DNA of 62,946 nt, counting the filler. It is 17 parts of 17 records of this genome, joined end to end, with 100 filler letters (N's around TTAATTAATTAA, not from the genome) between each part and the next. Parts side by side here need not be neighbours in the genome. Positions count along the whole stretch, not along the records: positions 25,097 to 28,542 come from SRR7504441_124442; positions 28,643 to 32,857 come from SRR7504441_124508; positions 32,958 to 36,373 come from SRR7504441_124510; 14 more parts are not named here. One strand, 5' to 3'. A program made the translations under genes and the position numbers. The first letter of the stretch is position 1, and the number at the start of each line of letters is the position of its first letter. Shown in pieces: positions 25,097 through 36,473 of the stretch. The notes under the pieces are model-generated. The model was not told where the DNA came from and did no database searches. It worked only from the letters and a program-made list of their open reading frames with translations.

Positions 25097-25591
25097 GGCA
25101 CCCATCCACAGGTTGAACTTGGCCATCGCCTTCACCACCGCCGTGTTCTTATCCACCATCATCTTCTTCAGCCGGCTGGCGAACTCTCTATTCGCCTGCC
25201 CCGCCCGCTCGCCTGACCCTCCCCCCAGGGCAACTGTACCTTGGAGGCCTCGTTGTGCGCTTCCAACAGTTTGGAGCGGTGAGTGCTTTCCTCGGAGAGT
25301 TTGGCTAGTGGGGTGCCTAGCAGCTGCCGGAGGAGCAGCCCGTGGTGCCGCCACTGCAGATTGACCTCCCCCAGGAACCCGTCGATCTTGGCCTCCACCT
25401 GCCGCCATCGCCGGCTGCCCGGGCCGCTGGGGCACCTTGGGCACGTTGACTGGGCAAGGCACGTTGGTGTCCACCGTGGTCTTGCCGGCGAAGTTGAGCA
25501 AGTCGTCGATCCGGGCCTGCGCCTTGTCCAGCTGCCGGGCCATCGACGCCTCGCAAGCGTCCACCGCCGGGCAGGCCGATGCCGAGATCAT
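25097..25591 (-). CDS. Hypothetical coiled-coil protein (3'-truncated)
   Basis: MARQLDKAQARIDDLLNFAGK...VEAKIDGFLGEVNLQW...LSEESTHRSKLLEAHNEASK...ANREFASRLKKMM across probable introns. Confidence 0.4.
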
Positions 25592-25672
25592 CCCGAATGG
25601 CCGCTACCGCCGGGACACTACCCGCCGGTGATGGCGCTGATCTGTTGCTAGAGGCCCGGCGGACTGGCGACA

Positions 25673-27033
25673 ATGGCGAGCTGCTTGCCGTTACAGACTC
25701 GTTTCAGGATGGCTGAATTCGCTGGAGGCACCCCGCACTGCTCAGTGGGTGAGCGCTGCCGGCCCGGCCTGCTGCCGGGCGAGCTGGTCGGTGCTGCAGG
25801 CCCGTCCGGCGGCGGCGAGGGCCAAGGCGCCAAGAGCAAGTCCGAACAGTCCTGGCAGTCGTCGCTCCGCTCCCCGGTCTCCCTGCGGCCAGGCCGCCAG
25901 CTCACCCGGAACCCGCAGACCAAATCGGCGCGCCGGAGCGCCTCGCCCAAGTCTGGCCGCATGTCCGCCACCCGCTCGGCCAGCCGCAGCCGCAGCTCGG
26001 CCCGCCCGATCGTCGCCACCGCCAAGAGCGGCCAGCGTGTTGCGGTGGCTCGCCGGCCAGGCGGGGGCTCACGGTGCGACCGGCAGCCGGCCGACGCGGG
26101 CGAGCACCCGTACCCGTTCCCACCGCCGGGACACTACGCGGTCTGTCGATCCGCCCAGCTGGCCGCCTGATGGTGGACAGGGGCTTTACGACCCCATGGC
26201 TGGGCCGCACCCTGCCGGGTATGCCGCCGGATTCCCAGTGGAGTACGACTCTTTCCACGCGCCGCACCCGACTTCGCAGTACCCGAACGCCGACTATCTC
26301 TATGTGCCCTGCCCGGTCGACGGCCGGGCTGAGCTGTCGCGGGCCAGGACCGGCCAGTGATGTACTCCGACCTCCCAGCGTACATGCCCTCATACTCGGA
26401 CCTGATGGACCGCAAGGCGCGCAAGCTGGACGTCCTCGGCCGCGAGATCCCGGAGCGCCAAGGGTGCCCGGCCCGGCCGGTCCGGGGCTGAGGATCTTGC
26501 AGCACTCGTAAGGAGGTCGCCGAGACACTGGTGCCGCCCGCACGGATCGCTACCCAGGGATACAGGCCCGGTCTGGCCCAGGGTGAGCAGGACAGCTACC
26601 AGGTGCCACCCACCCGCTCAATCGGGCCGAGCCCGGGCAGATCGGTGCCGGCTGGCTCGGCGAGCGCTCTGCTGCCGACGTGAGCAACAGCTACGCTCAC
26701 TACTCTCACGTGCCCGAGCGGTTCGAGCGGGTGCCCCGAGCGGTCGGGCCGGGGGCGAGCTGGGGACAGTCCCGGCACAACCCGGATTGGAGTAGCTGGA
26801 CGCGTGAAGGTGTGAGTCTTGACGGGAGCGGAGACAGGAAGTTTGCGAGGATCAGGAGGCACGGGGATGAGTCGCTCGACGACGGCACCCGGCACGCGCA
26901 CCACCACGAGTATGCGCTGCGCGCGCCGCCCGGGGCCCGGCTGGACAAAGGGAAAATCACTAACTCGACAATACAGCAGCCGCGTGCGCATGGCAACATC
27001 TACAACAGCCACAAGCCGCTGATGACCTTGTGA
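25673..27033 (+). CDS. Hypothetical low-complexity protein(s), multi-exon; boundaries uncertain
   Basis: Chain of overlapping + strand frames (25673-26170, 25749-26360, 26680-27033) with plausible GT-AG junctions. No domain recognised. Confidence 0.3.
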
Positions 27034-27868
27034 GCTGGTGGCGTCGGAGTGAATCCATATCGTCCCGTCATCATGACGCGGTCTAGAGGCGCGCGGTCCA
27101 CCACCGCTTCAAAGCTTGGTTTCATGATAATTTACCGAATAAATTACTAATAAAATTAATGTCGCACACGCTCGTTCTGCCAATGCTGACGCTATGGGTT
27201 GGCCGGCGCACGGCACTAAACTATCGTGCCACAGCTGCTAGCTCTGGTCCGGCTTCGGTCCCGGGCCACTAGGCCACCTCGGAGGTAACAACTACTAGGC
27301 TCCGCCGTGCGACCACGGCCGGTCGAGCTGGACTTCGCCAGCCGTGCATCGCCCCAGACAGCTTGTTCAGCCGGCCACACTCCCGCGCCGCCTCCCGCCG
27401 CACCGTCCGCGCCTGCCCCCCGTGGGCCGCGCCCCGGGCCGCGCGCACCGCGACGATCCCGGCCACCCGGCGCCAGTGCCCCAGCCCCGCCGCGCACTGC
27501 CCGCGAGCCGCCCAACAGCGAACCAGCCGGCTTGTCCACAGCCACCAGCGCACCGTCCGAAGCCGGTACAGGTGACGCGCCTTCAGGACCCCCGCGGTGC
27601 CCAACCCGCCCGCCAGGAACCGGCGCCGTACCGCCACCCGCAGCAGCAGCGCGGCGCGGTGCCAGGCGTTGGCCAGCAGCCCGGCCCTGAGGGCGCCCGG
27701 GGCAGCGGCCTGGCCGGCCGGCTGCTTGCACACCCCGTACACCACGCTCAGCGGGCCCCGGATTGGCCGCCGCCGCACCGCACAGTGCATTTTTCACAAA
27801 TCAAAGTTGGCAAAACTGAAGGCGGTTCCTGCTCTGATGTCACTGGGTGCTGGCGCCACAACGAGCCA

Positions 27869-28542
27869 ATGGTCAGCCCGGTGCTTGCTGCGGCGCTGCT
27901 CGCTGGGGCAGTGAGCGCTGGCGACCCGCTGAGCGCGGCTCGGGCGCTCCGGCCCCCGGCGGTTCGACTCCAGCACGGTGGCGAGCATGAGGGCGGTGCG
28001 TTCTGGAATGAGCACGAGGAGCTGCTGGGCCGGGCCTGGCGGCAGTACGGGCAGCGGCACCCGAGCCTGTACCAGTGGGACGCCCGATTCCGCCGGCTCT
28101 ACCTGTCTGACCAGCTGCGGACGGCCGTTGACTCGCTTCCAGATGAAGCTGCGCTGAGGCGACTGTTCCGGTCTGCCGGACCAGGGCTGCACCTGAGCGC
28201 CCAGCTGCTCAGCCCGCTCTTCTCGCAGCACCTGCTCGAGGAGCTGGACTGGCTGGGCAGCAGCGGCATCCCCACGCGTAGGCCCAACGGGATGAACCGG
28301 CACGGTGCCATCCTGACCGAGGCACCCGGCTCACTTCTGCTGGATCGCGCCATTCAGGGACTCGCGGCCGGCTTTCTGGCACCACTGGCGATGATGCTCT
28401 TCCCAGCGGTGGCGGTCCCGGCGGACGTGAGCGAGGCCTATGGCTTCACCATCAGGTACTCGCCTGAGGGCGACACCGAGCTTGTGGAGCATGCGGACTC
28501 CTCCACGCTCACATTCAATCTTTGTCTACACAAGCAAAACAC
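27869..28542 (+). CDS. 2-oxoglutarate/Fe(II)-dependent oxygenase (OGFOD2-like) with signal peptide, 3'-truncated
   Basis: MVSPVLAAALLAGAVSA leader, LLEEL...GIPTRRPNGMNRHGAIL, and FTIRYSPEGDTELVEHADSSTLTFNLCL containing the HxD iron motif. Confidence 0.8.
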
Positions 28543-28642
28543 NNNNNNNNNNNNNNNNNNNNNNNNNNNNNNNNNNNNNNNNNNNNTTAATTAATTAANN
28601 NNNNNNNNNNNNNNNNNNNNNNNNNNNNNNNNNNNNNNNNNN

Positions 28643-28828
28643 GGCCCGCATCTCCAGGTCCCGGTACGACCAGCTGACCTGCTCGTTGCCCGTGTCGCTC
28701 AACCAGGTGTACAGGATCTTATTGGGCTGCCGCTGGCACCACTCGCGCAGCTGGCGCACCGCGGTGGTACTTTCGGGCGGCTCGGGCAGATCGCCGGCTG
28801 TTTCCAGCTCAAAGATGGCCTTCGCCAT
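28643..28828 (-). CDS. Fatty acyl-AMP ligase (FAAL)-type adenylation protein, N-terminal fragment
   Basis: STTAVRQLREWCQRQPNKILYTWLSDTGNEQVSWSYRDLEMRA matches the FAAL start (L..RA..QPD..AYTFL.DG.E...LTY.EL..RA). Cut by the linker. Confidence 0.65.
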
Positions 28829-29096
28829 CTCAGCTCCCCCAGCTCATCATCTCAGGCAGCGCCCCTCCGCCGACTGGGCCAACGCCAAGCCAACCCTCGC
28901 GCGGAGAAAATTCGAGAAGGCCTTTTTATTTTATGTGGGTTTCAATACAGGTACTGGTAGTCTATGGCTGCGATTCATGAGCACTCTCTTTTCAGTGTCG
29001 ACCGCGTTTTAGCGGCCGCTCTCGTGTGGGTACATAAATGGACTCACATGATGTAGGTTAACGAGGTTTAACAAAGGCGGGACGAACACTCCCCGG

Positions 29097-32000
29097 TTAT
29101 TTCACAATGATAAGCAACCCTCCTTGAGCTGCGTCTAGCTGAAACTCCTGGTCTGAGCCGAAGACGCCTACATTCCTAGTTTGGAACGGTGGCACCGACG
29201 GCACATGAAACTTTGAGGTCGACTCCGGCAATCCGAGCGCTGTCCAATTGCACTCGAGAGATAGCGAGCTCGTATAGTTGGAGAGGTCCGCGCTCCAATC
29301 AGCGATTGCAATCAACGCCTGCTTACCACGCTGCAGGTACACCGTGGCCAGAAAGTCTGTGTTTGACAGCTTCACCGGCACTGTTCCAGGGCCTTGTTCC
29401 ACGTCCTCCCACCAACCAATCATTTCGGAATCTTCAATCAGAAAATCATCCCAGAGTTCCCACAGGTTTGCAGGGCTAAACGGCGACGAAGCACTGCTGA
29501 ACCGGAACGCACTGCCAACGAGCATCCCACGATAATGATACCTTGTCATGCCATGGCTGTGCGACATGCTGGTGTAGCGTAGCATGTCTGAGGAGAGGCC
29601 ACTGGGAAGCCCCGAGATCTCTGTTAGCCAGTAGTCTGGAGAAGGCATATCGTAATCAAACCCCTCGCCATACCACAACCTATTGATGAAGGGATAAAGC
29701 TCCATGTAGTTCACTGCTGGAGAAGTGGTGAACCCATGGCAATCAGAGTGATGGTCAATCATGCCACTGTCGCCTAGCACCTTGCGTGCTCGCAGCATCG
29801 TGACGCGATCATATGCAATCTCATCCAAATAGATGCCATCGCAGGAGAAATCCCTCATCATCTGTCGCAAGCCTTGAATGTAGTAGTTGTTCCATCGAGA
29901 CAGCGCCTTCACACGCACTCCGGCATCCTGCAACCGTGCGCCCTCCGAAGGATCAGGGTTCGGGACTTGTGACGGAGGGTACTGGTGCGTAGTGTCGATT
30001 GGATTACTCCATGCTGCGAGATAGCCCTGTCGTAGATGCTCTCGCAGCCAGTCAGCTCCGCCACCAGTGCCCGGCACAAGCGTCTCATTGATACTAATCA
30101 TTGGGAAGAGTTCCGTGCACCTGTCACTCAGCTCCCTCATGGTATTGTACACTGAAAACTTCATCCCTAGCTGGTGCACCAGGTCTGCAGCATACTTCAT
30201 TGCAGGGTTGGTCAGGTACGGGAAGTTGATCCACGGGTTGACCTGGTTCCCTTGGTGTATGTTGATGACCGTCACACTGGCATTCTTGAATTGCGTGTAA
30301 TCACCCCCAGGTCCCCCAAGCTGAGCCCATCGCTCCTTGAAGTGCGCTGTGAAGTTGAATGGTCGGACAGGAGTGACTAGCATTGACCAGGCGAACGAGA
30401 TCGACTGGCCTGGCTCCAACTGGTGCTCGCCAGAGAAGGCAACCACCCTACCAGCCGAATTGACTTCAATCCCGCCTGTTCCATGATTGTACCAGCTCGC
30501 AGGAGGATCAGGAGTCGCACGCGAGTCATAAGGCACACCAGCCTGCCAGAGCGGATCATCACCCTTGAGATACAGTCTAAGTCCTGCTGCAGTTGACCCG
30601 AGCCAGATCGCGTTATCGCCGTTGCCGTCTGCAGGCATGCCGTCCCAACGCCAAGTTGCTGAGTCCGATTGAGGGGGCTTTGGTGGGTCCGGAAGGTCTC
30701 TCCGAGTCACTGCATCATACCCATAAGCAAAGTCTTTATATCGGATGAGTCCGTCCACTGACTGCCACGCTGGATTCTCTGGTGTGCCATCGCCAGATGA
30801 GGATGCGACCCAAGAGCTCGCAGAGGTGCCGTTATTCGCCATGAACACGCCCTGCTTGCTCCCCACCTCATGGAATTCAATCTCCGAAATCATTGCATGA
30901 CTGGTCGGGACTTTGCTTGGATGACAGTCAAGAATGACCCAGCGCCAGCATCGCGCAGCCATGGGCACCAAGACGAAGTCTTGACTGAATGGAGCTGGCT
31001 TCCCCTCACTGCCATTCGAAGCTCTGCCGATTAGAGTGGACACATTCGCTCCAACCCAAGTAAAGCCTCCACCAGCTAGAGGCGTTGCTGATTGCAGATA
31101 CATGTGCCAAGGATCGTGAACGCCATCTCCGTGTACAGAGATACGGACCCCATCAAGCGTGATCTCGCGCCCAAAGTCGTATACAACCCAGCTGCACGGT
31201 TGCGTACCAGGTGTGCGCAGGAAGTTAGAGAGGAATCCACCCCGGCGCCCCAGGCCCATTGCAAAATGAGTATTGGACTTGGGGCTCTGCACGGTGAGAT
31301 TGTGACCAGCGGCTGAATTGGTCTGTTTGTGTAGATTGGTAATGGTGGCATTGAAGCTCATGTACCCCGTGCAGTCAACCTCCCCATGCACGACTAAAGA
31401 GCGCAGTGCTGTCTCTGCGACTGATTCCCACCGAACAGATGTCTTTGTGACAGGAGAGAAGGTGATGGTCCGGTTGCCTGGTACGTCATCACCAAAGCGG
31501 ACCGGCGTGTCAATAACTTGCCGCATGGGTGCATCGACTGTGCGCTGCACCTCAATGCTAGTTGGCAACCCCGAAGTTCCAATCGTGATACGCTTGCCCA
31601 GCATGCTGATGACTGTCTGATCGCCTTCTTGTGCCACCTGAAGAGCCGTGAAAGGTGCAGGCACGACGTCTGCCTCTGTCCCTGCAGTCGAATCGAACCA
31701 GTGCAGGCGCGTTCCTCGCGTCACATCGTCATCGCCACCATGTGCCAGCACGGCGCCCTTCACAGTCAGCGCAATTGCTACTTGGATCGCCTGCCCGCCG
31801 CCTGCTACGTGAACGGTGGCGTTCCCTCGGTACACCCCGGCCTGTGCGGATGCAGGCACCACCACTGCCACCCAGAGTGCCTTCACCTCGCCCGCCCTCA
31901 CTTGCACGCCAGGATGTGCAAAGCTGCGTCCCCAATAGTCCACGCCAATCAGGTTCATACAGCGCAGCGCCTCGCTCGGGATGCTCAACTGTTCTCCAGC

Positions 32001-32771
32001 CAAGTCTGTAAACGTCACGCTGGTCACCGTGGCTTGGCTGACTGGCGCATACACGCCGAGCTGGAAAGTGAAGTTCTCCCCTGGCTGCACGACATCAGCA
32101 AAGCTGGGCTGGCGGGTGTCCACAGCGGACCATCGGACAGGTAACTGCGAGAGCATTCGGATAGGAAGCTTCCGACTCTCAGGGATCACGATCAGCGAGC
32201 CACCGGCTGGCGCGCGGGAGATGAATGCAGCGTGCTCGCTCGCAGTCATCGGCATCTCCATCGGCTCGAATGTTTCGAAGTCAGCCCGAGCCTGATAGGA
32301 GGCCTCGAGGGCAGGCCCCACCGGCGCCGCCCCGCCGCTGAACTTGGCGCAGCTTCCATTTGTGTACGCGGCAGCGTAGCTCACTGTGGCGTCAGTCCGG
32401 CAGCTGCCTCCTCGGTATTCGCAGGTGGAGAAGGGCATGTAGTAGATATGGTAGTCGCTCACACCCTTGACCGGCGTGATCGCGAACACAGCCGCATCCT
32501 CGTCCGGCTCTCCGGCGAACGCGCAGGACGTCACTGGCTGGTCCCCGGCGGTGCGGACGTACACCGCCTTGCTCAGCGGGGCGCTGTCCGAGCGACGCCA
32601 CTGGGCCCGGACGAGCACGAGCCGGGCCTGCAGCTCCGGCGAGACTGTGAAGTTGAACCGGTGGTTGCCGACCGAAGTCCAGGGGCCCGAGGGTGCAACA
32701 GCCACGATCGCAGGCCAGTCCTCAGCCGCGCAGGCCGCGCACACCAGCCAGAGGAGCGATGGAGACCGCAT
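29097..32771 (-). CDS. Large secreted DUF6067/GH123-like putative glycoside hydrolase with inserted F5/8 (CBM32-like) module; no intron needed
   Basis: Signal peptide from ATG 32771. Motifs GNHR, WRRSD, YHIYYMPF, GENFTFQLG, NPWINFPY, YNTMRELS, RWNNYY, DGIYLDEIAYDR and LWYGEGFDY, as remembered for bacterial DUF6067 proteins. Confidence 0.7.
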   Translation of the reverse strand: MRSPSLLWLVCAACAAEDWPAIVAVAPSGPWTSVGNHRFNFTVSPELQARLVLVRAQWRRSDSAPLSKAVYVRTAGDQPVTSCAFAGEPDEDAAVFAITPVKGVSDYHIYYMPFSTCEYRGGSCRTDATVSYAAAYTNGSCAKFSGGAAPVGPALEASYQARADFETFEPMEMPMTASEHAAFISRAPAGGSLIVIPESRKLPIRMLSQLPVRWSAVDTRQPSFADVVQPGENFTFQLGVYAPVSQATVTSVTFTDLAGEQLSIPSEALRCMNLIGVDYWGRSFAHPGVQVRAGEVKALWVAVVVPASAQAGVYRGNATVHVAGGGQAIQVAIALTVKGAVLAHGGDDDVTRGTRLHWFDSTAGTEADVVPAPFTALQVAQEGDQTVISMLGKRITIGTSGLPTSIEVQRTVDAPMRQVIDTPVRFGDDVPGNRTITFSPVTKTSVRWESVAETALRSLVVHGEVDCTGYMSFNATITNLHKQTNSAAGHNLTVQSPKSNTHFAMGLGRRGGFLSNFLRTPGTQPCSWVVYDFGREITLDGVRISVHGDGVHDPWHMYLQSATPLAGGGFTWVGANVSTLIGRASNGSEGKPAPFSQDFVLVPMAARCWRWVILDCHPSKVPTSHAMISEIEFHEVGSKQGVFMANNGTSASSWVASSSGDGTPENPAWQSVDGLIRYKDFAYGYDAVTRRDLPDPPKPPQSDSATWRWDGMPADGNGDNAIWLGSTAAGLRLYLKGDDPLWQAGVPYDSRATPDPPASWYNHGTGGIEVNSAGRVVAFSGEHQLEPGQSISFAWSMLVTPVRPFNFTAHFKERWAQLGGPGGDYTQFKNASVTVINIHQGNQVNPWINFPYLTNPAMKYAADLVHQLGMKFSVYNTMRELSDRCTELFPMISINETLVPGTGGGADWLREHLRQGYLAAWSNPIDTTHQYPPSQVPNPDPSEGARLQDAGVRVKALSRWNNYYIQGLRQMMRDFSCDGIYLDEIAYDRVTMLRARKVLGDSGMIDHHSDCHGFTTSPAVNYMELYPFINRLWYGEGFDYDMPSPDYWLTEISGLPSGLSSDMLRYTSMSHSHGMTRYHYRGMLVGSAFRFSSASSPFSPANLWELWDDFLIEDSEMIGWWEDVEQGPGTVPVKLSNTDFLATVYLQRGKQALIAIADWSADLSNYTSSLSLECNWTALGLPESTSKFHVPSVPPFQTRNVGVFGSDQEFQLDAAQGGLLIIVK

Positions 32772-33738
32772 TCCCCGGCGAGATACAACGGAATAGGCAT
32801 CCGTTGAGACAAAGCGCTCCAGGCAAGACATGGCGCCCAAGCTTACTACCTCTCGGANNNNNNNNNNNNNNNNNNNNNNNNNNNNNNNNNNNNNNNNNNN
32901 NTTAATTAATTAANNNNNNNNNNNNNNNNNNNNNNNNNNNNNNNNNNNNNNNNNNNNAGCTATCTGCTCTGCAACGCGGGTTAGACAAGCACTTCTGGGA
33001 CACCAGTTTCCAAATCGCTTTGGGGGGGACAGGCACAGGACTGGCTTTCCATTCACACTTTGATGCTGCGTCTGAGACGTTACACGGACGCAAGCGTTGG
33101 TTTCTGGCAGCTCCCGAGTCTCCTCCTGTGTTTAACCCACGGCGCACCACAGCTCACTGGTTGAAGAATTTGTACTCGAGTCATTAGCTCGTTAGCTGCC
33201 AGGGAACAACAGCACTTGGCGCCACCAGCTACCACCGGGATATAGGCGACGGCTACGGGTCCCCCCGGGGCTCTGCCCCGGTGCTCCAACCATGGAAAGT
33301 ACAACCCCCCTATGCCTCTTACGCCTAGGCCGTTACAGCGCAGCAGGTTCAACGGCACTCGGACACGGCAGACAATATGGTGCTCTCGTCAGAAACACCC
33401 GCGACGGAGCTGATCATGATCAATAGGGGAGTGTGGTCTTCTGTAGGCTGGAAACACATGGGTTATAAGAGTTACAACCACTGTATGAAGCGACTCGGGA
33501 CCATGCTCGGAACCAACCCTCTACGCACAGCAGCAGCAAACGACAGCAAGTGCAGCCTCGCCCCAGGCAATGTGCAACAGGATACAAGCACCGGGATGTG
33601 GACCTCGACACCCTCCCCAGCACCACAGTCAAGTACTACGATGTGAATACTTCGTGCGCCGGCCGATGCGTGGCACGCTTCAAGTAGCCGCATCGATCGC
33701 CCTCGTGAGCGACAACATCTGTCTCCTCATCGTCCAAG

Positions 33739-33771
33739 GCTCCGGAGTAGCTCCGGAGTAGCTCCGGAGCA
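33739..33771 (+). repeat. Short tandem repeat, 3 x 11 bp GCTCCGGAG(T/C)A with palindromic core CTCCGGAG
   Basis: GCTCCGGAGTA GCTCCGGAGTA GCTCCGGAGCA. Confidence 0.8.
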
Positions 33772-34107
33772 CCTCAAGCTCGGTCTCCTCAATTGCCACT
33801 TGGCCACTTCTAGTTGTTCCCGCATTGGACGGCGGATTTTATCGATGTGAAAAACAAAAAGTGCGTGATGCTTTGGGTTATTACATGTAAGTGCGTAATG
33901 CATACATTCACGTACTTAGATATTCACTAGTAAATATTTACCATACTTAGATATTTATTCGTGACACAATTGAAGCAAAACTAATAACGAAGGTCAATGT
34001 GGTAGCTCGGTCTCAGCTCGATCTAGAGCATTGTATTGTGTTTGTTGCGCGTGCCTGATACATGCCCATTGTCACATTGCTCGTCGGTACCCAGGACCTT
34101 CTAAAGG

Positions 34108-36177
34108 TCAGTGTATCTCAGCCACATTGAGAGATGGTTGGCGGCTGATTATTAGTGAAAGATACTCGTCCTCGTCCTCGTCAGATTCTGAGTCGGGTGC
34201 CTGGCACCATCACAATCAATTTCTAATCCACAGTCAGTCAAGTTGGATTGGCAAAGCCACCTCACAGTTTTCGGCTCCAATGCCAACGCACATCCGCTGC
34301 ACAACAGTGAGGCAAAGGTCAGGCGACTATTGCAGCACCATGAATTCTGAATGGGCTTTCTTGTAGTCCTTGCTTGTCTGGTCCACCAATGACAACAGCA
34401 ACAAAATCTGACGAAACATCATCCTGCAAGTGACAGCTCAGGTGGCCTTGTTTGACTGATGTCAGCACCAGTATGTGTCAGATGATTCAATCAAAGAGCG
34501 AAACTCTCCGTAAGCCACCCCACCAATGCCTCTCGGATCCAGATAGCCGAAGACGATTTGGACAAGGCTGAGAGCTTGCTTTGCTGATAGGTTGGCAGCA
34601 GACTGGACTACCTTGAAGAACTCAAACATGGACAATTCACCATCTGCTTGCAAGTCCATCAGCCTATAGCATATCTGGTAAAATGCAGGGTCTTTGCGAT
34701 TTAGCTCCACAGTCAAAAGGTCACGCTTCATAATATAAGAGAGTCCTTTCGCACACTCCTCAAAGTCGATTGACCCACCCCCATCCTTATCGAATACATC
34801 AAACAGCCGGCGCACAACTGTTGGCTCTGGAAAGCCCACGTTCTTCATCCAGTGACAGAACTGCCTCTTGTTCATGTCGCCTTTGGTATACCCCGTCCAC
34901 ATCTCGTACAGCTTGCAAAGTCGCTGCTTCGAGAACCCAGTGTCTTGTGAAAGCTCAAAGAACGACGACAGATCTTTCACATCGTATCCTCGCTCTATTC
35001 TCTCGGGAGGCGGGATGGTCAGGATTGAGCCCTGGGTGCTCTTGAGCTGCCAGGTAAACCCGGCCGAGCCATCAGAGGCTTCCAAGTAGTTTGGGCTTTT
35101 CCGAGCGTACAGCCGTCTCTTCTGCATTGCAGCTGCTCGAACAGCAAGGAACTCTCGTGCACGCAATGGTCGCTCTCCTGGCATTGGTGGTGCCAATTTA
35201 GCAGGCTTCCTTGGCGGCAAGATCGGTTTCTTTGGCTTTTCAGGCTGCTCAGCGTGCTCAATCGTTTCGGCAACTCTTTGTCCCTCCATCACTCCGGTCT
35301 GAAGCAGACGCCTCCGAAGTCCGGAACTTGCCACGCCAATCACTGAGCTACGCAGGTTTGGCTGGCAAGCAACTGACACTGCGCCCCCGAGTACTGCGCC
35401 TGCAGTGCTGGGCCGGGCCCAGTCCGGCGCCATTCGCTGTCGGCTCACAAATCGGACAAGGTTACCATGCCGCCTGGGCCGCCTGCCCCCTCATCAGCTC
35501 GCAACAGCAACTGGCCGTCACTGGTGAGCTTTGCCGAGTGCTCCCACAAGCCCCCCATACGCGGCTCCGCCGGCCGGATCCCGCCAATGGCCCTCGTGCT
35601 TTACCACTGCTGCTTGAACTGTAGGCGCCGCGGGGACCTCCTCGCTGCCGAGCAGTGGCTCGAGGCTTGCAACAGCACAGCTAGCCGCACCTCTGTTGTA
35701 CAAACTCAGCGTTCCGTTGTGCTAGCGTAGCCAGCCGGTGGGTCAGCGGATGCTCCGCCCCAAGTTCATCCCCAGCAAGCCTCAGGCCCTGCCCCACGGC
35801 TCCATGCACCGTCAAGCCAGCGGCTGTCGCCTGGTCGGCCGCTCTCTGTGCCGTCCCGAACTGGCCTAGGTGTTGCAGCTGGCTGGCCGTATTGTAGTGC
35901 GCCGCTACCAGCAGTGCGGCCATCTCCGGGTGCCCCATCCCCGGCTCGGCCACCGCAAGCTGGGCCTGCCCGCTGCTGGGCCGCACTGCTGGGGTGCCCC
36001 ACACCTCAAGGATCCCCCGAGCCGCCCGCGAGTGCCGCAGCGCGTCGGTATGCCTGTGGTGGGCGTGAGCAGTGGCGCCACCAGCCGCGCGCACCGGCCC
36101 GCCTGGCTCAGCTCGGAGGCATACTCTAGCCGCTGCACGGCCGAGTAGACGTCCTCCGCCGCCTCACGTAACACCAT
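34108..36177 (-). CDS. EF-hand (calcineurin-B/recoverin-like) protein, probably with an N-terminal TPR-like helical region
   Basis: LFDVFDKDGGGSIDFEE, YRLMDLQADGELSMFEF and YLDPRGIGGVAYGEF loops, plus TGFSKQRLCKLY. A 29-nt GTAACC...GACAG intron would join it to the upstream LGAEHPLT-containing exons. It could instead be two genes. Confidence 0.7.
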
Positions 36178-36473
36178 CCTATTTACAGTCAGCCTGACTT
36201 CAGCCTGCAGCTGTTGTGTTCACGCGTGAAAGCGTTGGCTCGCGATCGCTCGATCAGCAGAGCGATATGGGTACGATCTCTGAGCCGGCCGGGCCGGCCG
36301 ACTGTGCGTGTCGGCAGGTGACGTAAAGAAGGGAGCCAAGGTATTCAAGCAGAAGTGCCTCCAGTGCCACACTNNNNNNNNNNNNNNNNNNNNNNNNNNN
36401 NNNNNNNNNNNNNNNNNTTAATTAATTAANNNNNNNNNNNNNNNNNNNNNNNNNNNNNNNNNNNNNNNNNNNN

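Noticed and set aside
25606-26137. 16-bp exact direct repeat ACCGCCGGGACACTAC (25606-25621, 26122-26137)
   Set aside because: Only two copies in very GC-rich DNA, with no element structure between them. Chance or local duplication.
27216-27797. Arg/Trp-rich minus-strand ORFs as an Sfi1-like repeat protein
   Set aside because: Trp spacing is too irregular, and high GC makes long spurious ORFs likely.
32958-33720. Short ORFs on both strands
   Set aside because: No consistent frame, motif or splice pattern. Possibly a degenerate repeat or pseudogene but unsupported.
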